From: Ministeria vibrans ATCC 50519 | Taxonomy: Eukaryota; Protista; Filasterea | Reading direction: 5' to 3' | Assembly (NCBI GenBank): GCA_943704425.1 | Contig: CALSCP010001071.1 | Coordinates: 1 to 52,500 of the forward strand | DNA: 52,500 nt | Shown here: piece by piece, positions 12,010-23,022 of the stretch | How the letters are laid out: each line of letters begins with the position of its first letter | Numbering within the stretch: the first letter of the stretch is position 1 | Program-made: the position numbers and the translations under genes | Notes under the pieces: generated by a model | Told to the model about the DNA's origin: nothing | The model's input: only the letters and a program-made list of their open reading frames with translations | Database searches by the model: none

Positions 12010-12458
12010 CTTGTGCTAGGCGCGATATGAATATCGCTGTGGAGCTGGCGTGTACATCAAAGAAGGGTGCAGCGTTGCCAGTGGAGCCACCACACTCGTA
12101 CATTTGGGTGGGACAGACGGTGTGGACAGATACGCTGGTTCGAGGTTGTGCGACGGACAATGATGCTGAGAGCAAGAGCACTGTTGTGGCCTTCCCCCTG
12201 AGTTTGTGTGTGTTGCGTGCGGGTGTGCATGACATTGGGTTGCGGATGCGTCTGACCATGACAGAAGTGGGGGGAGCGACACATGCCACAGAGAGTAGCA
12301 GTGAGGGTCTGTTTTCGGACATTGCCGTTGAGTCGGATGTGGAAGGTGACAGGGGCGGAGAACGTGGGGCGGCTCATGTGGCCAGCACACTCGTGTCTTT
12401 GCCCAAACAGCTGCTGGTGACTGTGGTGGACTCCACTTTCTCTACTGAAAATGAATGA
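11607..12458 (+). CDS. Short gene or fragment matching only the C-terminal domain of TRAPPC8/Trs85; 5' end uncertain
   Basis: Spliced PLQCTVEH..VTHNFARDGPCVVNATLRVRN..MNIAVEL...SYIWVGQT...LCVLRAGVHDIG resembles the recalled TRAPPC8 C-terminus (HPF...LCLVPVTLLLSN...FTWLGQT...ACFVHTGVYNLG). Confidence 0.6.
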
Positions 12459-12547
12459 AAAAATCAAAATGGAAGATTATATTTTGTCAAGATTTTTGTG
12501 TGTACATTAGATAGATACGATAATGATACAGTGTGTATGTGTGTGCG

Positions 12548-14323
12548 TCATTTCCGTTGAGCGTTTAAGAGCTGAGAGAGACGGACAATTTCAGAGTCTC
12601 GCTCGCACAACAGACGACGCAAATCATCGGAGGTCAGAGAAGGATCATAGTGAGATGATGAAGGAGAAGGATTGAGAGACAGTGTAGTACAGGTAAGAGT
12701 GGCCTTTGGCGGGGGGTCGACAAAGAAGGAGGAGTGGAGAGCAGCGAGGGCAGAGGGACGAGTCTCACTGGGCGAGCGGGCGAGATCAAGAACAAAGCGA
12801 GACTCGCGAGGATATTGGGCAATAAAGTCGGGCGGGAGAGTGTGTGGGGGAGAGCGAATGCGATCGACCAATGCAAACAGCTCCATTCGACTGTGGATGG
12901 AGGGGCAGAGTGTCTCGAGTGCAACAATGGCAACGGAAAAGACATCGTCCTGCGCGCGTGGCCAGTGCGTCCCTTGCAGTTGCTCGGGCGACGCGTACAG
13001 TGAAGTTCCGACGGCGGAGGTGGAACGCGTCGTTGAAGTGGAAGATGAGGACGAGGATGACGAATGATCCGGAGTTGCAGAGTTCTCTTGCGGCGATTTG
13101 GGTCGTGATGTGGGGTTGATGTTGATTGCCAGACCGAAATCGCCTAGTTTGACGTGCGGGCGAGAGGAGGAGGAGGAGGGCGAGAAGACAAGAAAGAGAT
13201 TGCCGGGTTTGATGTCGCGATGGACAATGCCGCACTGGTGAACGTGAGAGAGACCACGAAGGGTTTGACGGATGAGATCGCGACGGAGGTCCGGAGTGGA
13301 GTGGGCGGCGTCGGGAGAGACGAGCCATTCTTTCAGAGAGGAATGACAGAGCTCCATGTGGATGAAGAGACGCAGAGCGGGCATGTGAACGGTTGGTGTG
13401 GTGGGCGTGCTGCATTCGTGATGGTCAAACACAACGTCGTCGTCTGAGTCGTCGCTTGCTTGTGACGCATCGTCGTCGATCATGTCGTCGTCGAGTGTCT
13501 CGATGTGGAACGATGTGGTCGAGTCGTGTTGCTGCTCGACCCATGCACCGTGGTAGCGAACAATGTGGGCGTGGTCTAGACGAGCAAGAAGCTTCACTTC
13601 GCGCAAGACCTGACGGTACACGTGGAGGTTGTTGCTGGTGAGTGGCACTCGCTTGATGGCATACTCAAGTCCGTCGAGTCGATGCGTAGCACGCATCACC
13701 GCTCCAAATCCTCCCTCTCCCAGCTTCTCGTGCTCCTCAAAGTCCTGCGCGTACCTCGACTGAGACGGAAGCGGCGTGAGAGGCAAGTCCATGCTGTTGG
13801 TCGAGCTCTCGCGTTGAGAGGGATGGTCGGCCGAGACCGGCACCAGGGCCATCGAGGAAGAGGACGGGAGGGCGACTGACGCGCGCGCCTTGGCCAGGTC
13901 AAGTGTGGCAAGACCCTGCTGCATGGCGTACTGCACAAGGGCGCTGGGGTCGGCGGCGGGAGGGGCGGGGGAGGCGGCAAAGGCGGGGCGGGCGCCGGGG
14001 ACGAGCGAGCGAGGGGACGGGTCGCTCAGCTTGGTAGCGCGCTGGATGATGGCGCGAATGAAGAGGCGGTAGGTGTCGCGGAGGTGTCGCACATCGTCGC
14101 GCATCGTCTCGGCGTCAACCATTCCCATTCGGATGAGTTGCGACGAGACAAACTTGAAGATGGTGTGCGTCCCACAAATCGTCTCGAGCAGCGACACAAG
14201 CAGCAGCTGCCCACGTCGCTGCGGCGTGTCATAGATGGATTCAGTCGACGATGCAGAGGAGCCCAACGACGACTCTGCTGAGCGAGACATGGAGTCAAGA
14301 GACGAAAATTGTGGAAATGACAC
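12548..14323 (-). CDS. EIF2AK1: eIF2-alpha kinase, HRI-like, intronless
   Basis: N-terminal QLLLVSLLE (HRI signature), SRYAQDFEE..LGEGGFG, YAIK, REVKLLARLDH, an acidic kinase insert, LFIHMELC, HRDIKPGN, DFGLA, GTSLYASPEQ and a C-terminal coiled coil. Confidence 0.88.
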   Translation of the reverse strand: MSFPQFSSLDSMSRSAESSLGSSASSTESIYDTPQRRGQLLLVSLLETICGTHTIFKFVSSQLIRMGMVDAETMRDDVRHLRDTYRLFIRAIIQRATKLSDPSPRSLVPGARPAFAASPAPPAADPSALVQYAMQQGLATLDLAKARASVALPSSSSMALVPVSADHPSQRESSTNSMDLPLTPLPSQSRYAQDFEEHEKLGEGGFGAVMRATHRLDGLEYAIKRVPLTSNNLHVYRQVLREVKLLARLDHAHIVRYHGAWVEQQHDSTTSFHIETLDDDMIDDDASQASDDSDDDVVFDHHECSTPTTPTVHMPALRLFIHMELCHSSLKEWLVSPDAAHSTPDLRRDLIRQTLRGLSHVHQCGIVHRDIKPGNLFLVFSPSSSSSRPHVKLGDFGLAININPTSRPKSPQENSATPDHSSSSSSSSTSTTRSTSAVGTSLYASPEQLQGTHWPRAQDDVFSVAIVALETLCPSIHSRMELFALVDRIRSPPHTLPPDFIAQYPRESRFVLDLARSPSETRPSALAALHSSFFVDPPPKATLTCTTLSLNPSPSSSHYDPSLTSDDLRRLLCERDSEIVRLSQLLNAQRK

Positions 14324-14822
14324 AGACGATCGCGAGAAGTCAAGTCCGAATAACTCAACCGGCGATCAGAGGCGCTCAGGACGCCGTCCTGGGCAAGGAC
14401 AGGATGAAAAACTAGAGTGGAGACTCTAAAGTGTGCACAGGAAGAGATAAGAGAAGAGTATCAAAAGAGTGATGTGGATGAAAGGAAAATGTAAACAAAA
14501 GACTGTTCGAGAAACGAAAATATTCAAACTTCAATCGAAGGACAAAATATTTATATGGTTTGTTGGCTGCGAGTAGATGTATGGGTGCTGGCCACTGCTG
14601 GGACAGGAAAGATTGTGACAATGAAGAGATCTCGCGGCGCCTGACGTTTGTTATTTTTTTGGGGGGTATGGATTGATCATTGGTGGATCATTGAACTTGG
14701 TTTAATTGTTTATTACATGACTGTGATACCATCTAAGTAAATCCTGAAAAGCACAATAATGCGCACAACAACACAAACAAGACGCTCCAGTCCGTCATGA
14801 GACAGGAAAGAGTACCATCTTG

Positions 14823-16273
14823 TCAGTTACCACCGTCATCCAGCTTTCTAAGGGTCGCCAAAGCCGATTTGTTGTTAGGCTGAAAGTGTAGCGCGTCATT
14901 GGCTGCTCTGCGCGCACTCTCCATGTCGCCCATATCAAAGTGGATGCGCGCCAGCAGCGCGTGCAAATTGGGGTTTCGATGGCACATATTGATCGCCTTA
15001 ACACATTCAGAAAGTGCTTCAGGTAGCATCTGCAGATTGGCGAGAGCCGAGACACACGTCTGTCGTGCGAATGTGTGACGCTCGACTCGGGCAAGCACAA
15101 TCATCGCATGTTTCTTTGCCTCTGTCAGACTCTGGCGCGTCTGCTCGGCCTCTCCTTTGTCGCGCAGCAGTGCAGCCGCAAGCCATGCACGCGCTTCATT
15201 TGCATTGGTCTCATCAGCCTCAATTGCACGCTTGGCCGATGCCTTGCAATTGTCCCACTCGCCATTGATATGGTGTATCTCCGCGCTAATGCCATGCGCT
15301 TCGCACGCCCAATATGGCGCTGCTTCGTCGCACAATGCAATCACTTGCTCGTACACATCCTTCTTCTCGTCCGCGGTTATCGGATTCGAGAAGCGTACAC
15401 AGCGTGCCAGAGTGCATTTGACACGCGCACGCGTCAGCTCGTCAACACGAGTGTCATTTAGCACCTCGTCACACACCTCCTTGCATTCGGCCATTGTCAT
15501 GTCACACCTGCTCACAGACGGCATGTCGTATCGTTTGAGGGCGATTCCCTTCCACATGAGCAGTTGTGCGCGCTCCTCTCGCCTCAATTGTGTGCTGTCC
15601 TGAAGAATCGTCGAGACGTGCTCCACGACATTATAGTACTGCGCCATCTGCATGAGCCGTTCACACTTGATGGTGTGATCTACAGTGTCCACAAGTGTCA
15701 TATGATGCCATGGGCAATGGATGTTGATGTACCTTGCACAGAGAGGTTACAGTCCACAAGTCGATCTGTGATGGTTTTCTTTGCGCTCTTCAAATCAGAC
15801 TGCTCCTCATGCGTCACCCACTCAACGCCGTCCAGAAGGACATCGAGCGTGTGCACAATCTCTTGCGCGAGCTCAAGGCGTTCGTCGGCGGTCAGCGGTG
15901 TGTCGTCGCGCAGAGAGCTGCCGCGATGCGCTTGATCGTGCCGACACGCCGACAGGGCCACAAACAGCTCTTGCGCCGTCCCCTCGGCCGGTGCCTTCGC
16001 ACACCGTGGCTTCATGCGCTGCAGTGTCAGCGAGAACAACGGAGACATTGTTGTTTCGACGCAGATCCCTTTGAAGAGCGAACAACGCGCTCCCGTCCTG
16101 CACAGAATGCTCAGGTCGCATTGGGACGGGTCTTTCCCACTAAGAACTTCTCTTCGCTTGAGCTCCCCTGCCTCGCGTGCGCGGAGGAACAGTTTCTGGA
16201 GCAATATAATAAGAACATTCTCAACTTCAGTCACAATTGGGTCCAGGGGCGACACAGATGACATAGAGATCAT
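14823..16273 (-). CDS. Putative HEPN-domain RNase fused to C-terminal TPR repeats (2 exons, about 465 aa)
   Basis: The GT-AG intron 15680-15732 joins the two ORFs in frame. The N-terminal helical domain has EVENVL, DLSIL and RHDQAH (Rx4H at 15926-15943). The C-terminal half has TPR-type units such as ALSECVKAINMCHRNPNLHALLARIHFDMGDMESARRAANDALHFQPNN. Confidence 0.65.
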
Positions 16274-16399
16274 AGGGAGGATGTCTGGGGGTAGAGGGAG
16301 CACAAACCACAAAACACGAAAACACGTTTGGACTGAGCACTGATCACTCTAAAGTGAAAGTGTAATTTCAAAAGGAATGATGCAATCAAAACAAACAAA

Positions 16400-17385
16400 A
16401 TGGGAAAATCCCTTTTGATCTCAAAACACAAACACGTCGTTTGTTTAAGTTTACACATCGGTTTCTTGTCTACATGATTGATAAACCAATCAGACAGCTC
16501 CTCACAGAGTTCCTGCAGCAGGGAACGAGTCAGGAGATGCGAGGGAAGCGAAATAAGGTGGTCCGAGTAGTGACGGAACTTCTCTGCGTCGACGAAGTGC
16601 GCCGTGCGGGCTCCAGCGCGATGGGGACGGACGTGGACAGTTCCGATGTTGATGTTGTGCCGGTCTTCTTCGAGGCGCAGTGCCCAGACAACTACAGTTC
16701 GTGGTTGGACGGCAAGTTGGACTGTATTGAGGAATGTATCGCAGACGATTCGCGTTTTGAGCTGCGGAGAAGAGCGCACTTTCTTCTTCAGTACTGCTGT
16801 ACGATTGATGGGATACCCATCAACGTTGACATTGTCCCTACATGCAGCGCCGGCATTTCGCATCCTGAGCGTCTGCCGTTGAGGTAAAATTCAGCTTTGT
16901 TGTTTTCCGGTTGTTCTTCTCCGTCAAATGTCAAAATGTTGTGTGTGTGTAGTTACCGAATCGTCGCCGACACCCCACAACAAGTGGCGTGGGTCAAACG
17001 GATGAAGTATCTCATAGAGTCTGGCAATTGCCCGAACCATTGCAAGGCGGTTATCCGTCTGCTCAAGCTATGCATGTCCCGTCAATCCTTTTCTCCGCCC
17101 AGCGTTGCGCTTCACCTTGTCACAATCGACACAGCCAGGACGCTTCCCACCACCGCGTCTCAGTGGGATCTTCTCGAGAAGACCGTTGAACGACTGGCAC
17201 ATCCCGAACGACTAAAAGTCACGTGGGACAAGAGCACGCATCACCCTGCTCCAGTCGTCCTCATACCCTCCGACGAGCTTGAGCTTAATGTCTACGAAAA
17301 CAGTACTCCCAACCGGTGGAGTGACCAGCTCGCCGCACTCATGAAAGTCATTCAAGAGGACTACTCGCGCATTGTATGCGATTAA
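16400..17385 (+). CDS. OAS/CD-NTase-like nucleotidyltransferase (about 280-285 aa); start at 16400 via an extra intron or at 16474
   Basis: GSSAMGT..SDVDVV (16609-16653), third Asp in VDIVP (16828), intron 16884-16952, then OAS C-lobe-like QVAWVK, KAVIRLLK, PPSVALHL and PVVLIPSD..LNV. Confidence 0.85.
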
Positions 17386-17409
17386 AAAAAAAGCCATAGT
17401 ATATTAATT

Positions 17410-19198
17410 TTACATGATGGAAGTTTCGCGACTGGTACAATTTGCATCTTCGAGCGTCCTTGAGACATCCTCGACAAACCGGTCTCGTTTGCGCTGGTCT
17501 TCTTCCTCTTGACGTACCAGCTTCTCTGCTTGTTTGTTGATGACTGTCTTGCGTACCGTGTGCGCACCCGCACCGGCTGCGGCACCTGCAGCGCCTCCGA
17601 CAGCCACTGCGGCGGCCACACTCATACCCTGTGTAAAGGAGAAAACGAGGATGATGAGGGGAAACGAACTGAATGAGGCAGTGAACAAAGAGAGAGAAAG
17701 AGAGAGAGAGGGAATGAACCCAGCGAGTGAATGAAAAAAGAAACAATGTCAACAACAACAACAACAACATCACAGCCTCCCTCCCCCCTCCCAATTAGTG
17801 CACCCATTACATACCTTGAGCCCCACCGCAATAGCCCCCACCGGGCCTCCCACTGCCATTCCCACCACCATTCCAGCCAGCGTGTACGATGCCGCTTGAA
17901 GCAACGACGCCTATTGTAAAAATAATCATTAGTGACCAATCAATACAAAACATTTTATACACGCACGTTTTTACACACTCGACATAATAGTCCATTTGCA
18001 GAAAAATTAAGCAGAGCAGCTCATGCTATTTTTTTTTTCTCTCTCTCTCTCTCAGTCTCAAGTTCATTCTCTGGATCTCTCTTCACTCACTGTTTTACCT
18101 TTTTGACATTGTCAACTCCCGACTAGAAACAAAAACACAAAAAGAGACAAACAAAGTTGAACACTTGGCGGCTTTCTCTCTATGTGTGCCATTGCTCTTA
18201 CGGTCACAGTGGCATCAATGGTATTGACTGTCTCCTCAATGCGCTGTACGTGTGACCGACTGCGCAGCACCTGAAAGTTCAAGTCGACAAACATCTCGCG
18301 CAGCTGCTCCAGCTCGCCCATCAGCACGACTTGCTGTTCGTCACGGAGTCGCGCCAGACGGACGTCTTCCGTGCGTCTGCGGTCCTCCTCTTCAAGAAGC
18401 AGCAGCTGTCCCTGTGACGGTGTCGCAATGACTGCCGGTGGTGCCACTGTGTCGTACTCGTCATGCGACCGAAGCACCACGCCATACGACGTCGACGCAG
18501 CACTGCCCAGCTGTGTCTGCGGTGCGCCGGCAGCCGCCATGCGTGCGTTGGTGCTGCGCATTCGCTCGCGCTCATATCGACTGTACAGATGATCGTACTC
18601 CTCCTGAAGCGGAATCAGCTCCTGCGTCAGCAGCACGCGGTCCTCGTCGCTTAGGTTCTGCATCAGGCTCTGTGCGTCCATCAGATGTGCGTGTACATCG
18701 TCCTTGATGCTCTGAACACGCTCTACTTTGTCCGGAAAGTCCTAACGAAAATTCGCACAAAAAAAAAAGTTTCACTTTTGAACTTGCGACAGATACAAAA
18801 CGCCACGCTGTCAAGGCGCATTGAATTCTGCAACACACAGACACAAAAGACAGGCTATCGTTGACGAGAGTGCGAAAGGTCGCCCAATTTGGACGAAAAA
18901 TTTTCTCCTTTTCTTTTTTTTTCTGACACATTCAATCGACCAGACGAAATAATTATAATAATAATAAGCGACCGGAACAAAAAAAGAACAAAGGTCAACG
19001 GCCGGAGCCTCAAGAAGCACACCAACACCCTGATCTACGCCAACAGACACATACCTGCGTGGCTATCCGTGCGAATTGGGTCTCCATTTGGCGCAGCGAG
19101 TGAGCCAAAGCCATTGTGATCGATTTCACTTCGTTGCTGTGCGTCGTGGACTCGAGTCGCGAATATCGCCCGCTGTCAAGCATGTCCCCAAACGACAT
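17410..19198 (-). CDS. STX17: Syntaxin-17 (autophagosomal Qa-SNARE), multi-exon
   Basis: SNARE motif ELEQLREMFVDL...HVQRIEETV, micro-exon SGVDNVKK, glycine-zipper hairpin LAGMVVGMAVGGPVGAIAVGLK-GMSVAAAVAVGGAAG and a basic tail. Confidence 0.85.
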
Positions 19199-19488
19199 GA
19201 TGCGCGGGGGGGGGTGCAAATGAAAGCCAAAAAAAAAAATGAGAATATTCATTTTCAATTTTGATCTTGCTTGAGATTGGAATCAATTCATCCCAAAGAA
19301 AAATACAAAAGGGGGAAATGGACAAGCGGACGGGGTTCAAAACACGCCGCACCACTGTGTGCAATCGTAAACTACATCCATGAGCAAGATTGTCTCATAG
19401 GACGTAAGATGACATTGTGAATCTTATCGATTAACTGTCATCGTTTGTCATCGACTCCACAATCAAAAAAATTTCCCACTTCTTTGAA

Positions 19489-22400
19489 ATGGAACTTCTC
19501 GAAGAGAAACGCTCGTCGTTAAACGTCCAGTCGGGGCTGTTGAAGCGCTACGAGTCGCTGCAGGACGTGTCGCCCTTTGTGGCGTTTGTACGCGGCGGAA
19601 CTTCACTTCTCGTCCAAATTCGATCTGCGTCGCTGGAAGCCATCTCGCTGCTTATGTGCGCAGCCGACCTTGCCGCCAAGCTGACGGACAGCGACGATTG
19701 CGGCGTTGAGGATGAAGCGCGCGTCGAGGAGCTTGCGGAGAGTGCTGTTTGGGAGTTTGTCGCGACGAATGCGTCGTCGCTGTCGTCGCAGCTGCAAGCA
19801 CTCAGCGGGCCCTTGCAGCACTTCCTCGAGGACGACACGGCGCGTCTAGAACACGGCGGTCTCACGTGTGCCGAAACGCTCGAGCACACGCGCGACCACA
19901 AGGATCTGCATGTGGAGATCAACTCGCGACTGATCACTCTGCGCATTGCATTCAACGCCGTCGCCAAACTCCAAGCGGAGCTCAGCGACCTCTCTGCCGA
20001 TCTGTGTGTCGACGAGGCCCGCCGCACTCGATTTGTGTCGCTCTGTTCCGAGTCGGCCGCCGACGTGCTCAGCTCGGCGGATGCGCACGCCGAGCACTTG
20101 ATCGAGCTCTTGATTGAACTCATCGACATCTACCGCGCACAACGAACCAAACTCACACGACACTCTGCCCTGCTGCGTCCCCAGGTTGTACGATCGATGC
20201 ACTCGGCGCTTCTCATGGCACCCGAGTCTCCCAGCGAGGGCGCTCCCATGATCATGACTGCGTCAAGTGCCAGCGACGGCCACACACACTTTGTGCTCGA
20301 TCGTCTTGCGCGACTGCGTCACGTCTCAACAGGTCTAGTGGTGGGCCCGCGCGGTCACGAGCCGATCAACACTACAGCACTTGTTTTGCAGCAACCTCGC
20401 CGACTCAAGGACGGACAACCCGACGCGTCGCAACAGTGGGACCTTGAGAATGACGTCTTTTTGCACAACCGCATGCGACCCGAAGCTGTCTTTGACATTG
20501 GCTTCGGCTCCAAACTGCCCGGTGGTCGTGTCGGTGTGTTTTTAGTGTCATCCAAGAAATCCTGGCAACGCTTTGTCCTGGAACCCGTCTTGAGCATGTC
20601 AGCAGCGGATCCGATGCGCGCGCAGCTGCCCTCTCTGCTCGTGCCCGCACACGGCCTGCCGTCCGACATGCGCGCCTCGCTCAGCGCCGATTGTGGCGCG
20701 GACACAATTGTGATACCGCAGGGCGCACCCGTGCTTGCCGCAGCCGGTCCCGGTGCGCCTCTTCTCCTGTCCACCACCATTGCCGAGAGCACAGCGAATC
20801 TTGCCGAGGCACTATGGGTGCGCGATGGCGACCGCATCCGCAATGTTTCCTCCGGCGAGTGTCTGTCCATTGTGCCTCCAACCAACAGTAGTACCAGCAG
20901 CAGCGCCGCATCGTCGTGGATTCGTGACAAAACTCCCGTTTCACTCTCGAGCCCCACCGCTGCTGCGGGGGCTGCTGCTGCGGGGGCTGCTGCCGCTGCT
21001 GCTCCAGAAACGCAACCTCTGCATTTCCGTTCCAACTCGTCCGGCCTCTGCTCGCTCACCGAATCAACACGCTCGCTCTCGCGATCGACCATTTTCAACG
21101 GTGCCGACACAGACAACACGGTGATGCTGAGTACAGGACCCTCCTTTGACGCGTGGACGCAACACCCCAACGGCGAGATCCTCTATACGGGCGTTACTGA
21201 CCTGCCCAAACAGTATGTGCTCGACGTGGTTGGGCGAGGCAAAAGCGGTGGCACACAAGTTGGACTGTACGCGTCGGCAGACGGTGTTGCCGAGAACCGT
21301 CGCTTCTTTGCGGTGCATCCTCCTACACCAGCCGCAACCATGTCCTTGCCTCACGTGCTCCCCTACTACATTCGTGAGCGCACGACGGGTCTACTCGTAT
21401 CGGCCGTTCCCCGCTCCGCTCTCTCTCTTGCCCAACAGGACCAGTGTAACTCGCGCATGGTGGGCACCAGCAATGGCAGTGGACGCGATGGACCAATGAT
21501 GCGCGACATCTCACGCGACTCGTCACTCTTTGCCTTTGAGACAGGCGTCACAGCAGAGAGGACTGACGATGGACCGTGGCACTTGGTGTTGATCGAGAAA
21601 GCACAGAGCACAAGCGACGCGCTCTTTGTCGACACTGGCGACGGGTGTGTGCGGCACGTGCGTTCCGGTCGCAAATGGGGCATTGAGTGGCTGCTGTCGC
21701 AGACGCAGGCAGCGGGTATGTTAGTCCTGGACTCTAGTGTGGCAATGAGACACGCTTCAACGGGTGGCACGACTTCTACCTCTACTGCTATGGCTCGCAG
21801 TGGGCGTCATTGGACGTGGAGCAACACCGGTCGTCTCTGTGCTAGTGTCGATCATACCGTGGGAGTGATTCTCACCGATTCAGCGCAGCCCATTGCGCCC
21901 GGTGCACTTCTTTTTGTGCTCACACATCAGCGCAAGACAGACGGTGACTCGACAATGAATGATGCGAACGGGGACACTCAGTATTCCTTTCTTGAATTTG
22001 ATCGTGAACCCTACATTCCCAAAGACGCTTCGTTACACCCTGCTCTCACCAGCTGGGTATAAAACAAGATATACAAACTGTCGACATGACTCATGGTCTC
22101 TTCTTTTCTAGGCGTTCCGATTTGAGACGGACGATTCACGGACAATTCTTCCGCAAGTATATCTTGAAGGAGCACTGTTTGTGCCGCAGGAAAAGGAAAG
22201 CGATGCGAATGGCAGCAGAAGTGGCCGTGCTGTGATGCACAAGAGCGATGTACTGAGTGCGTGTGTGTTGAATGCATCGCGTGTGCTGGTACATGTCCTC
22301 AGTGGACTTGAGCTTTTGGTGTCGCGTGATGCATTTGACGCAAACAGACCGTAAGAGACAGATAGGGGAAAACGATATTGTTATTCTTCGAAATAATAAT

Positions 22401-22683
22401 AATAATAATAATAATATTGTTTGTTTTGGCTTTCTTCTTTTTTTTCTTCTTTTTTTTCGGGGTGGGGGGAAGGATTGTGCTGGGCCGATGGAAAGAAGGG
22501 GAACGCAATGTGGGAGTGCGTCGGGTGAAATGGACAGTGGACGCGCGCGGACGACTCATCTCGGATGTATTTGTGCTGACCGTTGACTATGCGCCTCTTT
22601 TGTGTCTGTGTGCCTGTGAACGCACTGCCGCTGAAGCGTCGTTTGCCGCCCGGCATCCTCTCACTGTCAAGCCGTTTCTGTAA
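19489..22683 (+). CDS. Protein with an N-terminal helical bundle and several ricin-B/beta-trefoil-like domains; probably extends past 22062 through exons 22112-22350 and 22473-22683
   Basis: Trefoil-like units: SQQWDLENDVFLHN..VFDI, ALWVRDGDRIRNVSSGECLSI, YVLDVVG..GGTQVGLY and KWTVDARGRLIS. Splice phases are consistent. Confidence 0.65.
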
Positions 22684-23022
22684 TATGAAAAACAAAAAAA
22701 AAAATCCGTTATCCAAAGTTGTTGTGAGTGACCGAATCGTTGTTTGCTGTTGTTTTGATTCGCATCAACTAATTATTATTAATTTTGTGGTTGTGAGCTT
22801 AAAGCACGGCCGCTGATGAGTTGTCCATGTATTAGAAATGACTCATGATTTCTGTTAGCTTGAACGCACATTGACTGTGAGTCTCTCAAACGATGTCTAC
22901 GCCACCCACTTCAAAATCAAAATAATAGAGATACATTCATCTAATTTGAAAATAAATTATTGTAGCTCTGATACTCACAATCAATACGGACATTGTCATA
23001 ATCATAATTATATCGAGTCTTT

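Noticed and set aside
15698-15701. ATGA overlap suggesting a bacterial operon or translational coupling
   Set aside because: It lies inside a canonical 53-nt intron that joins the two ORFs in frame.
17410-17910. Glycine-zipper membrane segment next to the NTase as a CBASS-style pore effector
   Set aside because: It splices onto the upstream SNARE exons and is the normal STX17 hairpin anchor.
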